Positions 20,577-49,184 are shown, counted from the first letter of the stretch. The stretch is 64,000 nt of DNA from Eledone cirrhosa (GCA_964016885.1 OZ024766.1:2914001-2978000), one strand, 5' to 3'. The notes: a model not told the origin generated them from the letters alone. A program made the numbers and translations.

Positions 20577-21491
20577 TGTAATTCTTGAAGAATTCTTAAA
20601 ACTCGAGAAGAGGTATGACAATGTACGAGTGATTTGGGGTAATAAATGGACCTCTATGTACTTATATATATATGATCGGGTGTGTATCGATGTATATAGG
20701 AGCAGTCCTAACAAATCCGGTTTACCACGAAAAGTAGAAAAGTACACAATATCTGCTGTTAACAATACAAATAATACGTACTTTATATTTCAAGTCCAAA
20801 TGTAAATTCAAGAAAGACCAGGAAAGCTAATTGTTCAGATGTTGGTGATTTAAACCTATTTCTCTCAGTCCTGTAAAATGTGGAGCAACCAATTCACGAT
20901 GTAGCGTAGTTTCTCATGAAATGAAATATTTAATCATGTAGGAGATGGAACACCTACCCTGGAACATGTAGCTCACTCTATGTTATCTACAGAATATTAA
21001 CTTTCACTTTAACATGAGATAATTGATACACAAGATATAATTAGATTAATTAAAGTAATAATTAAGATAGCAGGTACGTGGTATGGTTGGTAATGTTTCT
21101 CTTTCCGGTTCGTGACCGGTGTCATACGTTAAAAGTCCCTGACATCATTTAATACGTTTCAGAACACCTTCAGTTATATCAATTCACTCCATCAATTGTA
21201 TCCAACCCAAGGTAAAAGCAACAATGTCACCCAGTAATATATAATAATAACATATCAACGAGGGAGTGTCTTACCTTTCTACTTAACCTGTTAGAAATAG
21301 CAGCCAAATCACACTCTACTGTCTTAAAACAAGGGAATAACACATTCGGCAGTTTAGTCGTATATATTTTCCTTAGGGCCTTGTGGTGTGTGGCTGATTG
21401 TCACACTCGGTGGTGAATTGTTGTCATTAAAATAAAAACAATAACACAACACTTGTTAAATGACATACAATATGAGACGAATATTTGACAA

Positions 21492-22402
21492 TATTGGTGC
21501 TGCTTTCTAATATTTCTGAGACAAGACACTCACAGCATTAGTTCAGGTGATAGAGGGTTCCTCAATTACACACCACAACAGGCAAAGTTGGTGTTGACCC
21601 CTAACATATCTGAGACATGACACATCATTACCTCAGGTGATAGAGGGTCCCTCAATTACACATTACAACAGGGAATGTTGGTGTTGACCCCTAACATATC
21701 TGAAACAAGACACTCACAGCATTAGTTCAGATGATAGAGGGTCCCTCAATTACACACCACAACAGGGAATGTTGGTGTTGACCCCTAACATATCTGAGAC
21801 AAGACACGTCATTACCTCAGGTGATAGAGGGTCCCTCAATTACACATTACAACAGGGAATGTTGGTGTTGACCCCTAACATATCTGAGACAAGACACTCA
21901 CAGCATTAGTTCAGATGATAGAGGGTCCCTCAATTACACACCACAACAGGGAATGTTGGTGTTGACCCCTAACATATCTGAGACAAGACATTACCTCAGG
22001 TGATAGAGGGTCCCTCAATTACACACCACAACAGGGAATGTTGGTGTTGACCCCTAACATATCTGATACAAGACACATCATTACCTCAGGTGATAGAGGG
22101 TCCCTCAATTACACACGACAACAGGGAATGTTGGTGTTGACCCCTAACATATCTGTGACAAGACACTCACAGCATTAGTTCAGATGATAGAGGGTCCCTC
22201 AATTACACACCACAACAGGGAATGTTGGTGTTGACCCCTAACATATCTGAGGCAAGACACATCATTACCTCAGGTGATAGAGGATCCCTCAATTACACAC
22301 CACAACAGGGAATGTTGGTGTTGACCCCTAACATATCTGATACAAGACACATCATTACCTCAGATGATAGAGGGTCCCTCAATTACACATTACAACAGGG
22401 AA
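21492..22402. repeat. 90/94-bp minisatellite, 10 copies
   Basis: g(g/a)tgatagagggtccctcaattacacaccacaacagggaatgttggtgttgacccctaacatatctgagacaagacac(atcattacc|tcacagcattagt)tca, counted 10 times. Confidence 0.92.
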
Positions 22403-22539
22403 TTTTATCTATGGCAAACAAAGAAAAAAGAAAAAGAATTTTGCAATTATATCATGATTCTAGTTAGAAATATATTTAAGAAATGAGGTCTGTAGAAGTG
22501 TTATGGTTACATTTTAGATGTTGGTGGACAAGAAGTTTA

Positions 22540-24930
<2,391 letters not shown>

Positions 24931-25829
24931 TGTAATTCTTGAAGAATTCTCAAAACTCGAGGAGAGATATGACAATGTACGAGTGATTTGGGGTAATAAG
25001 TGGTCCTCTATGTACTTATATATGTATATGATCGGGTGTGTATCGATGTATATAGGGGCAGTCCTAACAAATCCGGATTGTTCACAACGGATTCTAGAAA
25101 AGTACACAATATCTGCTGTGTTAACAATACAAATAATACGTACTTTATATTTCAAGTCCAAATGTAAAGTCAAGAAAGACCAGGAAAGCTAATTGTTCAG
25201 ATGTTGGTGATTTAAACCTATTTCTCACTGTCCTGTAAAATGTGGAACAACCAATTCACGATGTAGCGTAGTTTCTCATGAAATGAAATATTTAATCATG
25301 TAGGAGATGGAACACCTACCCTGGAACATGTAGCTCACTCTATGTTATCTACAGAATATTAACTTTCACCTTAACATGAGATAATTACTCCACAAGATCT
25401 AATTAGATTAATTAAAGTATAATTAAGAAAGCAGGTACGTGATTTTGTTGTAAATATTTCTCTTTCCGGTTTGTGACCGGTGTCATATGTTAAAAGTCCC
25501 TGACATCATTAATACATTTAGGAGCACCTTCAGTTATATCAATTCACTCCATCAATTGTATCCAACCCAAGGTAAAAGCAACAATGTCACCCAATAATAT
25601 ATAATAATAACATATCAACGAGGGAGTGTCTTACCTTTCTACTTAACCTGTTAGAAATAGCAGCCAAATCACACTCTACTGTCTTAAAACAAGGGAATAA
25701 CACATTCGGCAGTTTAGTCGCATATATTTTTCTTAGGGCCTTGTGGTGTGTGGCTGATTGTCATTAAAAAAAAAACAATAACACAGCACTTGTTAAATGA
25801 CATACAATATGAGACGAATATTTGACAAT

Positions 25830-26010
25830 ATTGGTGCTGCTTTCTAATATTTCTGAGACAAGACCTCACAGCATTAGTTCAGGTGATAGAGGGTCCCTCA
25901 ATTACACACCACAACAGGGAATGTTGGTGTTGACCCCTAACATATCTGATACAAGACACATTATTACCTCAGGTGATAGAGGGTCCCTCAATTACACATT
26001 ACAACAAGGA
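25830..26010. repeat. 90/94-bp minisatellite, 2 copies
   Basis: Two gatagagggtccctcaattacac cores. Confidence 0.85.
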
Positions 26011-26149
26011 ATTTTAGCTATTGCAAACAAAGGAAAAAGAAAAAGAATTTTGCAATTATATCATGATTCTAGTTAGAAATATATTTAAGAAATGGAGTCT
26101 GTAGAAGTGTTATGGTTACATTTTAGATGTTGGTGGACAATAAGTTTAG

Positions 26150-27189
26150 ACTGGTAAACGGAAGGGTATCTCAGGGTTCACAGTTAAATAGTTTTATCAC
26201 CAGTGTGTGTGTTTCTGTCTAAGTTTCTGTTAGTCACAAAATATTTCCCACATGTTTCACTGGGGAAGGTCCTTTTTCTGCAGTCTGACTATGTGGCCAA
26301 CATGAGTAGAATTCTAAATAAAAGATGTCCCAACATGTTTCACACTGGAAGTTTCTTTCCCCCAATCTGAATAAAAGATTTCCAACATGTTTCACAGTGG
26401 AAGTTTCTTTCCTCCAGTCTGAATAAAAGATTTCCATCATGTTTCACATTGGAAGTTTCTTTCCTCCAGTCTGAAGACATATATGTTTATTAAGTACCAA
26501 ACTATCTGTAAAAGATTTCTCACATTTGTAACAATGAAAGGTTTTTCTCCAAAGTGTTCTTTTGTGTCTTTGTAACCATTTGTAACAAAACCTTTCCAAT
26601 ATATTAAAAAAAATATGGTTTTTCTCCAGTACTTGTTCTTTTGTGTAAATGACCATTTGTAACAAAATATAAACCCCATATTTCTAAATGATATCGGTTT
26701 TCTCCACTGTGTTCTCTGAAAAACATTGATTTTGACTTAACATTTCCCACATTTTTAACAGGGATATGATTTTTCTGCAGTATGTGTTGTTTTTTTTGTC
26801 TTCAAATGATTGTTTTTCATGAAAGATTACCCACACAGTTCATAGTGGCAAAGTTTTTTCGCCCAGTGTCGAACAAAAGGAGAATTTCAAGTGAACACAT
26901 CACCACATATTTCACAGTGATGTTGCTTATTTAAATCCCTGCACCTGACAAAATATTTCTCACATATTTCACAATGGAAGTGTTTGTTTTTATGTGAACA
27001 GTTAAACTAGTTTTCAAGAAAACATTACCCACACATTTCACAGTGATAGGGTTTGTCTTTAATATGTATGAGTTTGTGTGTGGATATTTCATCTTTTGAT
27101 GAGAATGTTTTCCAACAAATCTCACAGCTATATTCAGGAATATTTCTATCTAATAAATCTTGTTCAGTACATGTTTCATTGCGGAAGGG
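26150..27189 (-). pseudogene. Decayed N-module plus zinc-finger tail downstream of B3
   Basis: In frame after the stop: [54 protein letters not shown], then broken fingers. Confidence 0.82.
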
Positions 27190-28968
27190 TTATACCCCAG
27201 TGTGAATACGTATGTGATTATTAAGTATCCAACTCTCACGAAAAGATTTCCCACATATTTCACAACGGAAGGGTTTCTCTACAGTGTGTGTTCTTTTGTG
27301 TACAATTAAAATAGAGCTTTGGACAAAAGATTTTCCACATATTTCACAATGGAAGGGTTTCTCTCCAATGTGTGTTCTCATGTGTGTAGATAATTGACTG
27401 CTTCTACCATAACATTTCCCACATATTTCACAATGGAAGGGTTTCTCTCCAGTGTGTGTTCTTATGTGTCTTGATAAATCGCTGTTACACACAAAAGATT
27501 TCCCACATATTTCACAATGGAAGCGTTTCTCTCCAGTGTGTCTACGTTTGTGTTTATTCAAGTTAGAGCGAAGGACAAAAGATTTCCCACATATTTCACA
27601 AAGGAAGGGTTTCTCACCAGTGTGTCTTCTTATATGGCTCGATAAGTCGTTGTTAATCAGAAAAGATTTCCCACATATTTCACAATGAAAGGGTTTTTCC
27701 CCAGTGTGACTACGTATGTGGCTAACAAGAGCGGATTTCACAGGGAAAGATTTCCCACATATTTCACAATGGAAGGGTTTTTCCCCAGTGTGACTACGTA
27801 TGTGGATAACAAGAGCAGATTTCTGAGGGAAAGATTTCCCACATATTTCACAATGGAAGGGTTTTTCCCCAGTGTGACTACGTATGTGGCTAACAAGAGA
27901 GGATTTGTGAGGGAAAGATTTCCCACATATCTCACAAAGGAAGGGTTTCTCACCAGTGTGTCTTCTTATGTGTCTCGATAAATCTCTGTTAATCATAAAA
28001 GATTTCCCACATATTTCACAATGGAAGGGTTTTTCCCCAGTGTGACTACGTATGTGGATAACAAGAGCAGATTTCTGAGGGAAAGATTTCCCACATATTT
28101 CACAATGGAAGGGTTTTTTCCCAGTGTGACTACGTATGTGGCTAACAAGAACGGATTTGTGAGGGAAAGATTTCCCACATATTTCACAATGGAAGGGTTT
28201 CTCACCAGTGTGTGTTCTTATGTGTCTCGATAAATCGATGTTAATCATAAAAGATTTCCCACATATTTCACAATGGAAGGGTTTTTCCCTAGTGTGACTA
28301 CGTATGTGGCTAACAAGAGAGGATTTGTGAGGGAAACATTTCCCACATATTTCACAATGAAAGGGTTTTTCCCCAGTGTGACTACGCATGTGGCTAACAA
28401 GATTGTGTTCCTGAGTGAAAGATTTCCCACATATTTCACAATGGAAGGGTTTTTCCCCAGTGTGACTACGTATGTGGATAACAAGAGAGGATTTGTGAGG
28501 GAAACATTTCCCACATATTTCACAATGAAAGGGTTTTTCCCCAGTGTGACTACGCATGTGGCTAACAAGATTGGGTTCCTGAGTGAAAGATTTCCCACAT
28601 ATTTCACATTTGAAGGGTTTCTCTCCTGTGTGTGTTCTTTTGTGTTGTGACAGAGTAGAACTACGACCAAAATATTTCCCACATATTTCACATTTGAAGG
28701 GTTTCTCTCCTCTGTGTGTTTTTTTGTGTCTACATAAATCACGGTTACAGACAAAAGATTTCCCACATGTCTCACAGTGTTTGTGTGTAGATAAATCATC
28801 TTCTGATGAGAAAGTTTTCCTACAAATGTCACAGCTATATTCAGGAATATTTCTGTGTAATGATCCTTGTTCAGTACACGTTTCACTACGTAAAGGTTTC
28901 TCACCACTGTATGTCTGTGTAACTATATCTATATTGGTAGAAATGTCCAAGTGTTTAACGTCTTCCAT
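27190..28968 (-). CDS. C2H2 zinc-finger protein B3 (592 aa, 19 canonical fingers)
   Basis: ATG at 28968. Intact array ending [15 protein letters not shown]. Confidence 0.92.
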   Translation of the reverse strand: MEDVKHLDISTNIDIVTQTYSGEKPLRSETCTEQGSLHRNIPEYSCDICRKTFSSEDDLSTHKHCETCGKSFVCNRDLCRHKKTHRGEKPFKCEICGKYFGRSSTLSQHKRTHTGEKPFKCEICGKSFTQEPNLVSHMRSHTGEKPFHCEICGKCFPHKSSLVIHIRSHTGEKPFHCEICGKSFTQEHNLVSHMRSHTGEKPFHCEICGKCFPHKSSLVSHIRSHTREKPFHCEICGKSFMINIDLSRHIRTHTGEKPFHCEICGKSFPHKSVLVSHIRSHTGKKPFHCEICGKSFPQKSALVIHIRSHTGEKPFHCEICGKSFMINRDLSRHIRRHTGEKPFLCEICGKSFPHKSSLVSHIRSHTGEKPFHCEICGKSFPQKSALVIHIRSHTGEKPFHCEICGKSFPVKSALVSHIRSHTGEKPFHCEICGKSFLINNDLSSHIRRHTGEKPFLCEICGKSFVLRSNLNKHKRRHTGEKRFHCEICGKSFVCNSDLSRHIRTHTGEKPFHCEICGKCYGRSSQLSTHMRTHIGEKPFHCEICGKSFVQSSILIVHKRTHTVEKPFRCEICGKSFRESWILNNHIRIHTGV

Positions 28969-29884
28969 TGTAATTCTTGAAGAATTCTCAAAACTCGAGA
29001 AGAGATATGACAATGTACGAGTGATTTGGGGTAATAAATGGTCCTCTATGTACTTATATATATATGATCGGGTGTGTATCGATGTATATAGGAGCAGTCC
29101 TAACAAATCCGGTTTACCATGGAGTGTAGAAAAGTACACAATATCTGCTGTGTTAACAATACAAATAATACGTACTTTATATTTCAAGTCCAAGTGTAAA
29201 GTCAAGAAAGACCAGGAAAGCTAATTGTTCAGATGTTGGTGATTTAAACCTATTTCTCTCTGTCCTGTAAAATGTGGAACAACCAATTCACGATGTAGCG
29301 TAGTTTCTCATGAAATGAAATATTTAATCATGTAGGAGATGGAACACCTACCCTGGAACATGTAGCTCACTCTATGTTATCTACAGAATATTAACTTTCA
29401 CCTTAACATGAGATAATTACTCCACAAGATCTAATTAGATTAATTAAAGTATAATTAAGATAGCAGGTGCGTGATGTTGTTGTAAATATTTCTCTTTCAG
29501 GTTTGTGACCGGTGTCATATGTTAAAAGTTCCTGAGATAATTTAATACATTTAGGAACACCTTCAGTTATATCAATTCACTCCATCAATTGTATCCAACC
29601 CAAGGTAAAAGCAACAATGTCACCCAGTAATATATAATAATAACATATCAACGAGGGAGTGTCTTACCTTTCTACTTAACCTGTTAGAAATAGCAGCCAA
29701 ATCACACTCTACTGTCTTAAAACAAGGGAATAACACATTCGGCAGTTTAGTCGCATATATTTTCCTTAGGGCCTTGTGGTGTGTGGCTGATTGTCACATT
29801 CGGTGGTGAATTGTTGTCATTAAAAAAAAAACAATAACACAGCACTTGTTAAATGACATACAATATGAGACCAATATTTGACAA

Positions 29885-30345
29885 TATTGGTGCTGCTTTC
29901 TAATATTTCTGAGACAAGACACTCACAGCATTAGTTCAGGTGATAGAGGGTCCCTCAATTACACACCACAACAGGGAATGTTGGTGTTGACCCCTAACAT
30001 ATCTGATACAAGACACTCACAGCATTTGTTCAGGTGATAGAGGGTCCCTCAATTACACACCACAACAGTGAATGTTGGTGTTGACCCCTAACATATCTGA
30101 GACAAGACACTCACAGCATTAGTTCAGATGATAGAGGGTCCCTCAATTACACACCACAACAGGGAATGTTGGTGTTGACCCCTAACATATCTGAGACAAG
30201 ACACATCATTACCTCAGGTGATAGAGGGTCCCTCAATTACACATTACAACAGGGAATGTTGGTGTTGACCCCTAACATATCTGATACAAGACACATTATT
30301 ACCTCAGGTGATAGAGGGTCCCTCAATTACACATTACAACAAGGA
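29885..30345. repeat. 90/94-bp minisatellite, 5 copies
   Basis: Five cores counted. Confidence 0.9.
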
Positions 30346-30484
30346 ATTTTATCTATTGCAAACAAAGGAAAAAGAAAAAGAATTTTGCAATTATATCATG
30401 ATTCAAGTTAGAAATATATTTAAGAAATGGAGTCTGTAGAAGTGTTATGGTTACATTTTAGATGTTGGTGGACAATAAGTTTAG

Positions 30485-33518
<3,034 letters not shown>

Positions 33519-34433
33519 TGTAATTCTTGAAGAATTCTCAAAACTCGAGAAGAGATATGACAATGTACGAGTGATTTGGGGTAATAAATGGTCCTTTATG
33601 TACTTATATATATATGATCGGGTGTGTATCGATGTATATAGGAGCAGTCCTAACAAATCCGGTTTACCATGGAGTGTAGAAAAGTACACAATATCTGCTG
33701 TGTTAACAATACAAATAATACGTACTTTATATTTCAAGTTCAAATGTAAAGTCAAGAAAGACCAGGAAAGCTAATTGTTCAGATGTTGGTGATTTAAACC
33801 TATTTCTCTCTGTCCTGTAAAATGTGGAACAACCAATTCACGATGTAGCGTAGTTTCTCATGAAATGAAATATTTAATCATGTAGGAGATGGAACACCTA
33901 CCCTGGAACATGTAGCTCACTCTATGTTATCTACAGAATATTAACTTTCACCTTAACATGAGATAATTACTCCACAAGATCTAATTAGATTAATTAAAGT
34001 ATAATTAAGATAGCAGGTGCGTGATGTTGTTGTAAATATTTCTCTTTCCGGTTTGTGACCGGTGTCATATGTTAAAAGTCCCTGAGATAATTTAATACAT
34101 TTAGGAACACCTTCAGTTATATCAATTCACTCCATCAATTGCATCCAACCCAAGGTAAAAGCAACAATGTCACCCAGTAATATATAATAATAACATATCA
34201 ACGAGGGAGTGTCTTACCTTTCTACTTAACCTGTTAGAAATAGCAGCCAAATCACACTCTACTGTCTTAAAACAAGGGAATAACACATTCGGCAGTTTAG
34301 TCGCATATATTTTTCTTAGGGCCTTGTGGTGTGTGGCTGATTGTCACATTCGGTGGTGAATTGTTGTCATTAAAAAAAAACCAATAACACAGCACTTGTT
34401 AAATGACATACAATATGAGACCAATATTTGACA

Positions 34434-34900
34434 ATATTGGTGCTGCTTTCTAATATTTCTGAGACAAGACACTCACAGCATTAGTTCAGGTGATAGAGGG
34501 TCCCTCAATTACACACTACAACAGGGAATGTTGGTGTTGACCCTTAACATATCTGAGACAAGACACTCACAGCATTTGTTCAGGTGATAGAGAGTCCCTC
34601 AATTACACACCACAACAGGGAATGTTGGTGTTGACCCCTAACATATCTGATACAAGACACTCACAGCATTTGTTCAGGTGATAGAGGGTCCCTCAATTAC
34701 ACACCACAACAGTGAATGTTGGTGTTGACCCCTAACATATCTGAGACAAGACACTCACAGCATTAGTTCAGATGATAGAGGGTCCCTCAATTACACACCA
34801 CAACAGGGAATGTTGGTGTTGACCCCTAACATATCTGAGACAAGACACATCATTACCTCAGGTGATAGAGGGTCCCTCAATTACACATTACAACAAGGAA
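34434..34900. repeat. 90/94-bp minisatellite, 5 copies
   Basis: Five cores counted. Confidence 0.9.
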
Positions 34901-35038
34901 TTTTATCTATTGCAAACAAAGGAAAAAGAAAAAGAATTTTGCAATTATATCATGATTCAAGTTAGAAATATATTTAAGAAATGGAGTCTGTAGAAGTGTT
35001 ATGGTTACATTTTAGATGTTGGTGGACAATAAGTTTAG

Positions 35039-38072
<3,034 letters not shown>

Positions 38073-38987
38073 TGTAATTCTTGAAGAATTCTCAAAACTC
38101 GAGAAGAGATATGACAATGTACGAGTGATTTGGGGTAATAAATGGTCCTCTATGTACTTATATATATATGATCGGGTGTGTATCGATGTATATAGGAGCA
38201 GTCCTAACAAATCCGGTTTACCATGGAGTGTAGAAAAGTACACAATATCTGCTGTGTTAACAATACAAATAATACGTACTTTATATTTCAAGTTCAAATG
38301 TAAAGTCAAGAAAGACCAGGAAAGCTAATTGTTCAGATGTTGGTGATTTAAACCTATTTCTCTCTGTCCTGTAAAATGTGGAACAACCAATTCACGATGT
38401 AGCGTAGTTTCTCATGAAATGAAATATTTAATCATGTAGGAGATGGAACACCTACCCTGGAACATGTAGCTCACTCTATGTTATCTACAGAATATTAACT
38501 TTCACCTTAACATGAGATAATTACTCCACAAGATCTAATTAGATTAATTAAAGTATAATTAAGATAGCAGGTGCGTGATGTTGTTGTAAATATTTCTCTT
38601 TCCGGTTTGTGACCGGTGTCATATGTTAAAAGTCCCTGAGATAATTTAATACATTTAGGAACACCTTCAGTTATATCAATTCACTCCATCAATTATATCC
38701 AACTCAAGGTAAAAGCAACAATGTCACCCAGTAATATATAATAATAACATATCAACGAGGGAGTGTCTTACCTTTCTACTTAACCTGTTAGAAATAGCAG
38801 CCAAATCACACTCTACTGTCTTAAAACAAGGGAATAACACATTCGGCAGTTTAGTCGCATATATTTTTCTTAGGGCCTTGTGGTGTGTGGCTGATTGTCA
38901 CATTCGGTGGTGAATTGTTGTCATTAAAAAAAAACCAATAACACAGCACTTGTTAAATGACATACAATATGAGACCAATATTTGACA

Positions 38988-39452
38988 ATATTGGTGCTGC
39001 TTTCTAATATTTCTGAGACAAGACACTCACAGCATTAGTTCAGGTGATAGAGGGTCCCTCAATTACACACTACAACAGGGAATGTTGGTGTTGACCCTTA
39101 ACATATCTGAGACAAGACACTCACAGCATTTGTTCAGGTGATAGAGAGTCCCTCAATTACACACCACAACAGGGAATGTTGGTGTTGACCCCTAACATAT
39201 CTGATACAAGACACTCACAGCATTTGTTCAGGTGATAGAGGGTCCCTCAATTACACACCACAACAGTGAATGTTGGTGTTGACCCCTAACATATCTGAGA
39301 CAAGACACTCACAGCATTAGTTCAGATGATAGAGGGTCCCTCAATTACACACCACAACAGGGAATGTTGGTGTTGACCCCTAACATATCTGAGACAAGAC
39401 ACATCATTACCTCAGGTGATAGAGGGTCCCTCAATTACACATTACAACAAGG
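38988..39452. repeat. 90/94-bp minisatellite, 5 copies
   Basis: Copy of 34434-34900 shifted by 4554 bp. Confidence 0.9.
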
Positions 39453-39592
39453 AATTTTATCTATTGCAAACAAAGGAAAAAGAAAAAGAATTTTGCAATT
39501 ATATCATGATTCAAGTTAGAAATATATTTAAGAAATGGAGTCTGTAGAAGTGTTATGGTTACATTTTAGATGTTGGTGGACAATAAGTTTAG

Positions 39593-42626
<3,034 letters not shown>

Positions 42627-43541
42627 TGTAATTCTTGAAGAATTCTCAAAACTCGAGAAGAGATATGACAATGTACGAGTGATTTGGGGTAATAAATGGT
42701 CCTCTATGTACTTATATATATATGATCGGGTGTGTATCGATGTATATAGGAGCAGTCCTAACAAATCCGGTTTACCATGGAGTGTAGAAAAGTACACAAT
42801 ATCTGCTGTGTTAACAATACAAATAATACGTACTTTATATTTCAAGTTCAAATGTAAAGTCAAGAAAGACCAGGAAAGCTAATTGTTCAGATGTTGGTGA
42901 TTTAAACCTATTTCTCTCTGTCCTGTAAAATGTGGAACAACCAATTCACGATGTAGCGTAGTTTCTCATGAAATGAAATATTTAATCATGTAGGAGATGG
43001 AACACCTACCCTGGAACATGTAGCTCACTCTATGTTATCTACAGAATATTAACTTTCACCTTAACATGAGATAATTACTCCACAAGATCTAATTAGATTA
43101 ATTAAAGTATAATTAAGATAGCAGGTGCGTGATGTTGTTGTAAATATTTCTCTTTCCGGTTTGTGACCGGTGTCATATGTTAAAAGTCCCTGAGATAATT
43201 TAATACATTTAGGAACACCTTCAGTTATATCAATTCACTCCATCAATTATATCCAACTCAAGGTAAAAGCAACAATGTCACCCAGTAATATATAATAATA
43301 ACATATCAACGAGGGAGTGTCTTACCTTTCTACTTAACCTGTTAGAAATAGCAGCCAAATCACACTCTACTGTATTAAAACAAGGGAATAACACATTCGG
43401 CAGTTTAGTCGCATATATTTTTCTTAGGGCCTTGTGGTGTGTGGCTGATTGTCACATTCGGTGGTGAATTGTTGTCATTAAAAAAAAACCAATAACACAG
43501 CACTTGTTAAATGACATACAATATGAGACCAATATTTGACA

Positions 43542-44006
43542 ATATTGGTGCTGCTTTCTAATATTTCTGAGACAAGACACTCACAGCATTAGTTCAGGTG
43601 ATAGAGGGTCCCTCAATTACACACTACAACAGGGAATGTTGGTGTTGACCCTTAACATATCTGAGACAAGACACTCACAGCATTTGTTCAGGTGATAGAG
43701 AGTCCCTCAATTACACACCACAACAGGGAATGTTGGTGTTGACCCCTAACATATCTGATACAAGACACTCACAGCATTTGTTCAGGTGATAGAGGGTCCC
43801 TCAATTACACACCACAACAGTGAATGTTGGTGTTGACCCCTAACATATCTGAGACAAGACACTCACAGCATTAGTTCAGATGATAGAGGGTCCCTCAATT
43901 ACACACCACAACAGGGAATGTTGGTGTTGACCCCTAACATATCTGAGACAAGACACATCATTACCTCAGGTGATAGAGGGTCCCTCAATTACACATTACA
44001 ACAAGG
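43542..44006. repeat. 90/94-bp minisatellite, 5 copies
   Basis: Five cores counted. Confidence 0.9.
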
Positions 44007-44146
44007 AATTTTATCTATTGCAAACAAAGGAAAAAGAAAAAGAATTTTGCAATTATATCATGATTCAAGTTAGAAATATATTTAAGAAATGGAGTCTGTA
44101 GAAGTGTTATGGTTACATTTTAGATGTTGGTGGACAATAAGTTTAG

Positions 44147-47677
<3,531 letters not shown>

Positions 47678-48583
47678 TGTAATTCTTGAAGAATTCTCAA
47701 AACTCGAGAAGAGATATGACAATGTACGAGTGATTTGGGGTAATAAATGGTCCTCTATGTACTTATATATATATGATCGGGTGTGTATCGATGTATATAG
47801 GAGCAGTCCTAACAAATCCGGTTTACCATGGAGTGTAGAAAAGTACACAATATCTGCTGTGTTAACAATACAAATAATACGTACTTTATATTTCAAGTTC
47901 AAATGTAAAGTCAAGAAAGCTAATTGTTCAGATGTTGGTGATTTAAACCTATTTCTCTCTGTCCTGTAAAATGTGGAACAACCAATTCACGATGTAGCGT
48001 AGTTTCTCATGAAATGAAATATTTAATCATGTAGGAGATGGAACACCTACCCTGGAACATGTAGCTCACTCTATGTTATCTACAGAATATTAACTTTCAC
48101 CTTAACATGAGATAATTACTCCACAAGATCTAATTAGATTAATTAAAGTATAATTAAGATAGCAGGTGCGTGATGTTGTTGTAAATATTTCTCTTTCCGG
48201 TTTGTGACCGGTGTCATATGTTAAAAGTCCCTGAGATAATTTAATACATTTAGGAACACCTTCAGTTATATCAATTCACTCCATCAATTGTATCCAACCC
48301 AAGGTAAAAGCAACAATGTCACCCAGTAATATATAATAATAACATATCAACGAGGGAGTGTCTTACCTTTCTACTTAACCTGTTAGAAATAGCAGCCAAA
48401 TCACACTCTACTGTATTAAAACAAGGGAATAACACATTCGGCAGTTTAGTCGCATATATTTTTCTTAGGGCCTTGTGGTGTGTGGCTGATTGTCACATTC
48501 GGTGGTGAATTGTTGTCATTAAAAAAAAAAAAATAACACAGCACTTGTTAAATGACATACAATATGAGACCAATATTTGACAA

Positions 48584-49045
48584 TATTGGTGCTGCTTTCT
48601 AATATTTCTGAGACAAGACACTCACAGCATTAGTTCAGGTGATAGAGGGTCCCTCAATTACACACTACAACAGGGAATGTTGGTGTTGACCCCTAACATA
48701 TCTGAGACAAGACACTCACAGCATTTGTTCAGGTGATAGAGAGTCCCTCAATTACACACCACAACAGGGAATGTTGGTGTTGACCCCTAACATATCTGAT
48801 ACAAGACACTCACAGCATTAGTTCAGATGATAGAGGGTCCCTCAATTACACACCACAACAGGGAATGTTGGTGTTGACCCCTAACATATCTGAGACAAGA
48901 CACATCATTACCTCAGGTGATAGAGGGTCCCTCAATTACACATTACAACAGGGAATGTTGGTGTTGACCCCTAACATATCTGATACAAGACACATTATTA
49001 CCTCAGGTGATAGAGGGTCCCTCAATTACACATTACAACAAGGAA
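48584..49045. repeat. 90/94-bp minisatellite, 5 copies
   Basis: Five cores counted. Confidence 0.9.
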
Positions 49046-49184
49046 TTTTATCTATTGCAAACAAAGGAAAAAGAAAAAGAATTTTGCAATTATATCATGA
49101 TTCTAGTTAGAAATATATTTAAGAAATGGAGTCTGTAGAAGTGTTATGGTTACATTTTAGATGTTGGTGGACAATAAGTTTAGA

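Noticed and set aside
22222-22467. 81-aa plus-strand ORF MLVLTPNIS.. recurring in several spacers
   Set aside because: It is the translation of 90-bp minisatellite units and is broken wherever 94-bp units intervene.
22519-22530. 12-bp match tgttggtggaca between the B spacer and the 66-bp satellite monomer
   Set aside because: Too short, and the flanks do not extend the similarity, so common origin cannot be supported.
28969-29205. ~79-codon in-frame N-terminal extension of B genes (MTLHLDLKYK..)
   Set aside because: It starts at TTG, has an in-frame TAG six codons upstream (before the acceptor), is frameshifted in B9 and B10, and is partly scrambled in B2. Most likely 5' UTR.
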